DNA of 64,000 nt from a virus (lineage: Duplodnaviria; Caudoviricetes), in IMG/VR virus record IMGVR_UViG_3300034031_000001, positions 487 to 64,486 of that record. The stretch is one strand, 5' to 3'. Shown one piece after another: positions 60,301 through 64,000 of this stretch. The number at the start of each line of letters is the position of its first letter. Positions within the stretch are counted from its first letter, which is position 1. The notes below the pieces were generated by a model, which ran no database searches, was not told the origin of the DNA, and saw only the letters and a program-made list of their open reading frames with translations. The position numbers and the translations under genes are program-made.

Positions 60301-61641
60301 GCTATTAAGGGTAATGTTAAGTACTTATCTGGTAATAAGGCTGCTAACAGTTTAATGTTCTACACCTCCATTAAAGCACTAGGTTTCAATATATTTGGTG
60401 GTATTGCGGAGATGTTACAAGGTCTCACCTCCCTTTTCATGGAGTCTGCGTCAAGAACATTCTTTACTGACAATGATGCTATGAGTTCATTTGGAGAGAT
60501 GATAATGAATCTTAATCCATTCAGTGATGGGCCTAGGGAGATTAGAAACTTCTCTAAGTACTTTGGTGCACAGGGTAAAGTATATCAGGATAGTGACCAG
60601 AGTAATGGATTATCTAAATTAGCATTCCTTCAATATGAAAAGGCTGGTTACTTTATCAATACTACATTCTTACTATCGTTCCTACGTGGACAGAGGATAA
60701 AGGATGTTGATGGTAAGGAACATACTCTAAGAGATGCATTGACTATTGATGACTATGGTAACTTCTCTTGGAAGGATGGGTTCAATATTGCAGAGAAGCT
60801 ACACGAAGAGAATGGTAGACACTCCCAATATCTAATTGACCTCATTCATAGGTTCAAGGAAGTGATTAAGAATAATAGGGATAGACAGGCCTCTGATGAC
60901 CCTATTGAAATGGAGAAGAGTATGATAGGTAGGATGCTAGGTCAGTTTAAAAAGAACTGGTTATTTAGAGCATACACTATCAGATTTGGTGAAGCAAGGA
61001 AGGCTGATAAATTCTCAGGGCAAGAAGCTAAGGGTTTCTATAGAAGCTTCTGGGATATGATACTAGACTCAGTACCTACTAAGATTAATGAGTTCGGAGA
61101 AGAGGAGAGAGATATGCGCAAGGCCTTAACAGCTGTACCATATGCTCTACTCAGTAACTTTATTAAGTTCAGTGTATTTGGTAAGATGCTTGGTTATACT
61201 CCTAAGGAAGGAGAGTTCAGCAAGATAGATGAAGCTAATCTCCGTAGATTTATGAGAGAGACCTCCTTTATCATTACCCTAATGATTACTGTACTTATAT
61301 TAACTAGCGGAGATGGGGATGATGATAGAGATGGGGCACGTAGATACTTTACTAACCAGCTTATTAGGTTACAGAGGGATATGACTACGTACATGTCACC
61401 TAACTCATTTGCCTCCCTTTTCAAGAATCCTGCTCCAGTAATAGGAACCTTCACTGACTTGTTCAGAATAGGAGATGCTATGGTTAAGAGTACTGTATTA
61501 GGTGACCCATACATATATGAGGGAACTGATAGACAAGCTCTTAGAATATGGCAGGCTACTGAGAAGAATATTCCTATCATTAATCAGATTGATAAGATAA
61601 GGAATAAGATTGATAAGATAACTATGTATAATACTTATTAA
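57367..61641 (+). CDS. virion cargo protein with N-terminal PNK-like (AAA_33) kinase domain
   Basis: 1424 aa after vRNAP; GTSGSGKST, ISPDEMR, VIVDTTNL; C-terminal GQFKKNW, hydrophobic helix, NPAP. Confidence 0.75.
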   Translation: MANCNSLNYKGQTYTQDEFLRYVKEHPEEFSQYNTSDSDMSVGQEADIILPIGTSGSGKSTWIKSINATGKFTVISPDEMRVEFTGDINDKSKDDEIYQAVNERVISAVRDGRQVIVDTTNLKKDRRRFFIEEVKRALPDAKIQYKLMPLNAELAKQRIRADIKAGVNRADVPDSTIDRHAESYREMLEDIKSEDMTNYDDSIHISDDISDDLSEDDLNNVKPLPFKIPLAKVLAGTKRLLVLPMKYDLGTYRVKNKLINLVPMNRNKLTLPEYLDILNMGRSSFVKTFISSDETESDEVKAFLAGNLEMYLYGLEHVTEADSILPTMDDKRFLNVYDSKKRLIEKTEQQLRNEPDPTKREVLNDRIFLLQQQMRALEDDENRTINTITAFMDNDIQTVEHVLNNNPDLASLEYAQHLLFNYVNLVTVDFRDLVDTLPVETRANITRFVSNVTDLMQRIKTEFLTRPARLVKELTGTEVLLDGMVIEDKETIGKIGRFTKDTTENVNDIVQTLTKTIKTAIEHLNLRYTSFLSKHQKLVKDLLKYQNDNGVKKANAYDFMVQVDDAGLKTGFVVDRNSAAYYRERLDTHASEEVEAILNFYAQDHNLKINDKAWDVREKSLIEYFKTHRYDEVILSESDMAKGIEFSEKLEKAAQAYALKRNPYTAKRIIEKYRTDPTSVDVREKGSFMTFVKSGMYYEKVDGVKMQPLELIPTGRWIDPKYSEIQSMSATDPRKVFYDHFMANLVKGREAVSIEDFYLPWNYIPEKSKRLPIGGNLKEWLKDRSSQFITDNFAQSISENEQVDPFTLEVSKKIPRYMTAGNLHPDDKSYDLGDVLGDFMREVMNFEEKKAIEDDTNLLLMLLKEQPIVELAPDGSKKVNPDGSYRVKEGLSVNYLMSLYRVNAQLYDEKQDRESVSKFKRMDVATKKRVTEIEAKLAAIEISPEDKEKALELFHEDMPYVGNKLEIADYISLLNQRKAIKGNVKYLSGNKAANSLMFYTSIKALGFNIFGGIAEMLQGLTSLFMESASRTFFTDNDAMSSFGEMIMNLNPFSDGPREIRNFSKYFGAQGKVYQDSDQSNGLSKLAFLQYEKAGYFINTTFLLSFLRGQRIKDVDGKEHTLRDALTIDDYGNFSWKDGFNIAEKLHEENGRHSQYLIDLIHRFKEVIKNNRDRQASDDPIEMEKSMIGRMLGQFKKNWLFRAYTIRFGEARKADKFSGQEAKGFYRSFWDMILDSVPTKINEFGEEERDMRKALTAVPYALLSNFIKFSVFGKMLGYTPKEGEFSKIDEANLRRFMRETSFIITLMITVLILTSGDGDDDRDGARRYFTNQLIRLQRDMTTYMSPNSFASLFKNPAPVIGTFTDLFRIGDAMVKSTVLGDPYIYEGTDRQALRIWQATEKNIPIINQIDKIRNKIDKITMYNTY

Positions 61642-61693
61642 TGCGATGTATAGGTCAGAATTCCTACCAGTTAGGAATTTTGGCTTATATTTG
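61638..61693 (+). promoter_or_regulatory. TTAATGCGATGTAT box plus TATATTTG -7 box upstream of the fibre operon
   Basis: Box at 61638-61651; TATATTTG at 61686-61693. Confidence 0.65.
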
Positions 61694-61768
61694 CACAAGG
61701 CTTCCTTGAAGCTGCAAACAACCCTAAATTTTAATGGATAACAAGCTACACGAATAAAAGGAGGTACT

Positions 61769-62323
61769 ATGAGCAAGGAGAAAAACTGTGGTACTGGTGC
61801 TTGTACTACTCCAACGCCACCTAGTTGCCTTGATGTATGTAGATGTATATCTGTAGCTTCCCCAAATAAGACTATTCGTGTAGCTAGACATGGTTGTAGA
61901 TTCGAGTATGAAGTCAACAAGGGTCTTATAGGAGATGCTACAAAGATAATTTCAGGTGACGGTATACATATTACTGGTACTGGTTTAGACATAACACCTT
62001 ATATAATATCCAACGTAGGAGTTTTAAGTGTCAATGGTCAGGTAGGAGATATTACTATTAATGCTGATGTAGCAGGTATAGACATAGACGCTACAGATTA
62101 TATATATGACCTACAACTAGCATTAGTACCGGGTGGGATAATAGCAACACTTACTGAAGAATATAGGACTGGCTCAGTTAAAGTATACTTCAATGGAATA
62201 AGATTAACACCGGGACAAGATTACGATTATATTGAACTTACAGCCGATACAGTGAAAATATTCACACCCGCCCAAGACTTGGACGACATTAACATCACAA
62301 TAGATTACAAAAAAGACATATAA
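61769..62323 (+). CDS. putative structural/fibre-associated protein
   Basis: GDGIHITGTG, VLSVNGQVGDI, VKVYFNGIRL..G.DY module. Confidence 0.65.
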   Translation: MSKEKNCGTGACTTPTPPSCLDVCRCISVASPNKTIRVARHGCRFEYEVNKGLIGDATKIISGDGIHITGTGLDITPYIISNVGVLSVNGQVGDITINADVAGIDIDATDYIYDLQLALVPGGIIATLTEEYRTGSVKVYFNGIRLTPGQDYDYIELTADTVKIFTPAQDLDDINITIDYKKDI

Positions 62324-62326
62324 ACT

Positions 62327-63727
62327 ATGCCAGTTACAACAATAAAAAAGTATCAGATAGATTACACTGGTACTAACGCAATCACCAATACAGAGATAGC
62401 TGCTGCTGCTGCAATAGCTACCACTAAGCTGGCTGATGGTGCAGAGTTCTTTAAAAGAGATGGCTCTGTCACAGCCACAGGTAACCACAACCAAGGTGGA
62501 TTTAGAATTACTAACTTAGGAGATGGTGTTGCCGCAACAGATGCTGTTACAGTACAACAACTCCAGAATGCTCAATTAGGTATTGATTATAAAGAATCAG
62601 TACGTGCAGCCACAACTGCCAATATTGCCCTTACAGGTACACAAACTGTTGATGGTGTTGTACTGGTAGCTGGTAATAGAATATTGGTTAAAGACCAGAC
62701 TACTGGTTCTGCAAACGGTATCTATGTAGTAGCTGCTGGTGCGTGGACGAGAGCAACTGATGCTGACTCTTCTGCTGATGTTACATCAGGTATGATTACC
62801 TATGTTGAAGAAGGTACTACAAATGGTCAGAGCCAGTGGGTATTATCCAACTCTGGTGCCATAGTACTAAATACTACTGCATTAGTCTTTGTACAGTTCT
62901 CAGGAGCTGGTCAGATTACAGCAGGTGCGGGTATGACCAAGAATGGTAACACATTAGATGTGGTAACAGCCTCAACTTCTCGTATCGTAGTAAATGCAAA
63001 TGACATTGACCTTGCGACCACAGGTGTTGCTGCTTCCACTTATAGAAGTGTTACAGTGGATGTCTATGGTAGAGTAACAGCAGGTACTAACCCTACCACA
63101 TTGGCAGGTTATGGTATCACTGATGCTCAAGGATTAGATGCTGACCTTACCGCTATTGCAGGTGTATCTACTACAGGTATCCTCGTGAGAACTGGTGCTG
63201 GTACTGCAACTACTCGTACATTGTCTACGGCATCTTCTGCTCGTATTACAGTAACAAATGGTGATGGTGTATCAGGTAACCCTACATTAGACCTCGCCAC
63301 AACGGTAACTGCTGGTACAGCAATGAAGATTACCTATGACGTGTATGGTCGGGTAACTGCTGGTGCAACTGCATCATTAAGTGACTTATCTAACGTAGTA
63401 CTTACTACTCCTACTAACGGGCAACTGTTACAGTACAATGGTACTAACTGGGTAAATGCCTCCCTTAATACAGTTGTATCCTCTGCATACGTAACAAGAG
63501 AAACACCTTCAGGTACAATAAATGGTACGAATGCTATATTTGTACTTGCTAATAACCCTGTAACAGGACAAGAAAGTGTATATGTGAATGGTGTATTACA
63601 GAATGGTGCGTCTAATGACTACTCAATTCAGTACAACACTCCAGCTAACCAAGCAACTATCACATTCCAAGCTGGTGCAGTTCCACCAACAGGTTCAGTG
63701 ATTCTTGTTAACTACTTTAAAGCATAA
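62327..63727 (+). CDS. tail fibre protein
   Basis: ITNLGDGVAATDAVT, DYKESVRAATTANI..NGIYVV..WTRATD, repeated DVYGRVTAG, ETPSGTINGTN. Confidence 0.8.
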   Translation: MPVTTIKKYQIDYTGTNAITNTEIAAAAAIATTKLADGAEFFKRDGSVTATGNHNQGGFRITNLGDGVAATDAVTVQQLQNAQLGIDYKESVRAATTANIALTGTQTVDGVVLVAGNRILVKDQTTGSANGIYVVAAGAWTRATDADSSADVTSGMITYVEEGTTNGQSQWVLSNSGAIVLNTTALVFVQFSGAGQITAGAGMTKNGNTLDVVTASTSRIVVNANDIDLATTGVAASTYRSVTVDVYGRVTAGTNPTTLAGYGITDAQGLDADLTAIAGVSTTGILVRTGAGTATTRTLSTASSARITVTNGDGVSGNPTLDLATTVTAGTAMKITYDVYGRVTAGATASLSDLSNVVLTTPTNGQLLQYNGTNWVNASLNTVVSSAYVTRETPSGTINGTNAIFVLANNPVTGQESVYVNGVLQNGASNDYSIQYNTPANQATITFQAGAVPPTGSVILVNYFKA

Positions 63728-63734
63728 TAACTAA

Positions 63735-64000
63735 ATGCCAGTAACTCAAGTACAAGGTGTCCAAGTTGGTGACCAGAGTATTACTAGAGATGACCTGAAT
63801 ACTACTACTTCTACTAAAGCAGTGATAACCAAGTTCCTTACAACAGGTTCAGGGTTGTCACTGACTTCTAGTGGTGTGGATAGTGGTACTGGTGACGTTA
63901 CACTTGGTCTTAATTTTACTTACTTAGACGGTATCTATGCGGCGGTAGGTTCTCTTGGGAACTATGTACTAAAGGCAGGTGATACCATGACAGGTGCACT
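63735..64000 (+). CDS. putative fibre protein, partial (runs off the window)
   Basis: ATG 63735 MPVTQVQGVQVGDQSITRDDL..., open to the window end with YVLKAGDTMTGA. Confidence 0.7.
   Translation, partial: MPVTQVQGVQVGDQSITRDDLNTTTSTKAVITKFLTTGSGLSLTSSGVDSGTGDVTLGLNFTYLDGIYAAVGSLGNYVLKAGDTMTGA

Noticed and set aside
6030-62494. Many short minus-strand ORFs in the ORF track opposite the structural genes
   Set aside because: Antisense shadows of long plus-strand genes; Ser/Leu/Ile-rich with no motifs.
5655-64000. Stop-codon reassignment as found in some crAss-like phages
   Set aside because: Genes up to 12 kb are uninterrupted in the standard code, and TAG and TGA end genes normally; the only break (56143) is a frame change, not an in-frame stop.
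61769-64000. Diversity-generating retroelement acting on fibre genes
   Set aside because: No reverse transcriptase and no template/variable repeat pair seen in this window.

Overview
A 64 kb segment of a crAss-like (Crassvirales-type) phage of a Bacteroidota host, read in the standard genetic code. Bases 1-5.4 kb hold small minus-strand, probably early genes interleaved with non-coding stretches that fold only on the minus strand. The strand switches at about 5.55 kb. The plus strand then carries an accessory/anti-defence cluster (5.6-11.6 kb, with Tad2-like and Acb2/Tad1-like proteins), the packaging and head module (TerL, portal, scaffold-like, major capsid), ring, tail and muzzle genes, two free-standing GIY-YIG endonucleases, the giant injected cargo genes including the virion RNA polymerase (DYDVD motif; its C-terminal zincin domain is split by a 1-nt frameshift), and the start of the tail-fibre module. 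The most striking observation is ORF 5655-6890: it reads as a patchwork of short segments resembling terminase Walker A and Walker B, this phage's portal and two separate parts of its major capsid protein, the proteins that bacterial pattern-recognition defences detect, which suggests a multi-epitope immune decoy. Also notable: large unannotated structured RNAs at 3.0-3.8 kb and 5.4-5.55 kb, a repeated TTAATGCGATGTAT box upstream of host-type promoters, a PNK-like kinase domain in an injected protein, and apparent codon-level avoidance of GATC, CCWGG and GGWCC. All family assignments come from motif recognition by eye; no database searches or folding programs were run.
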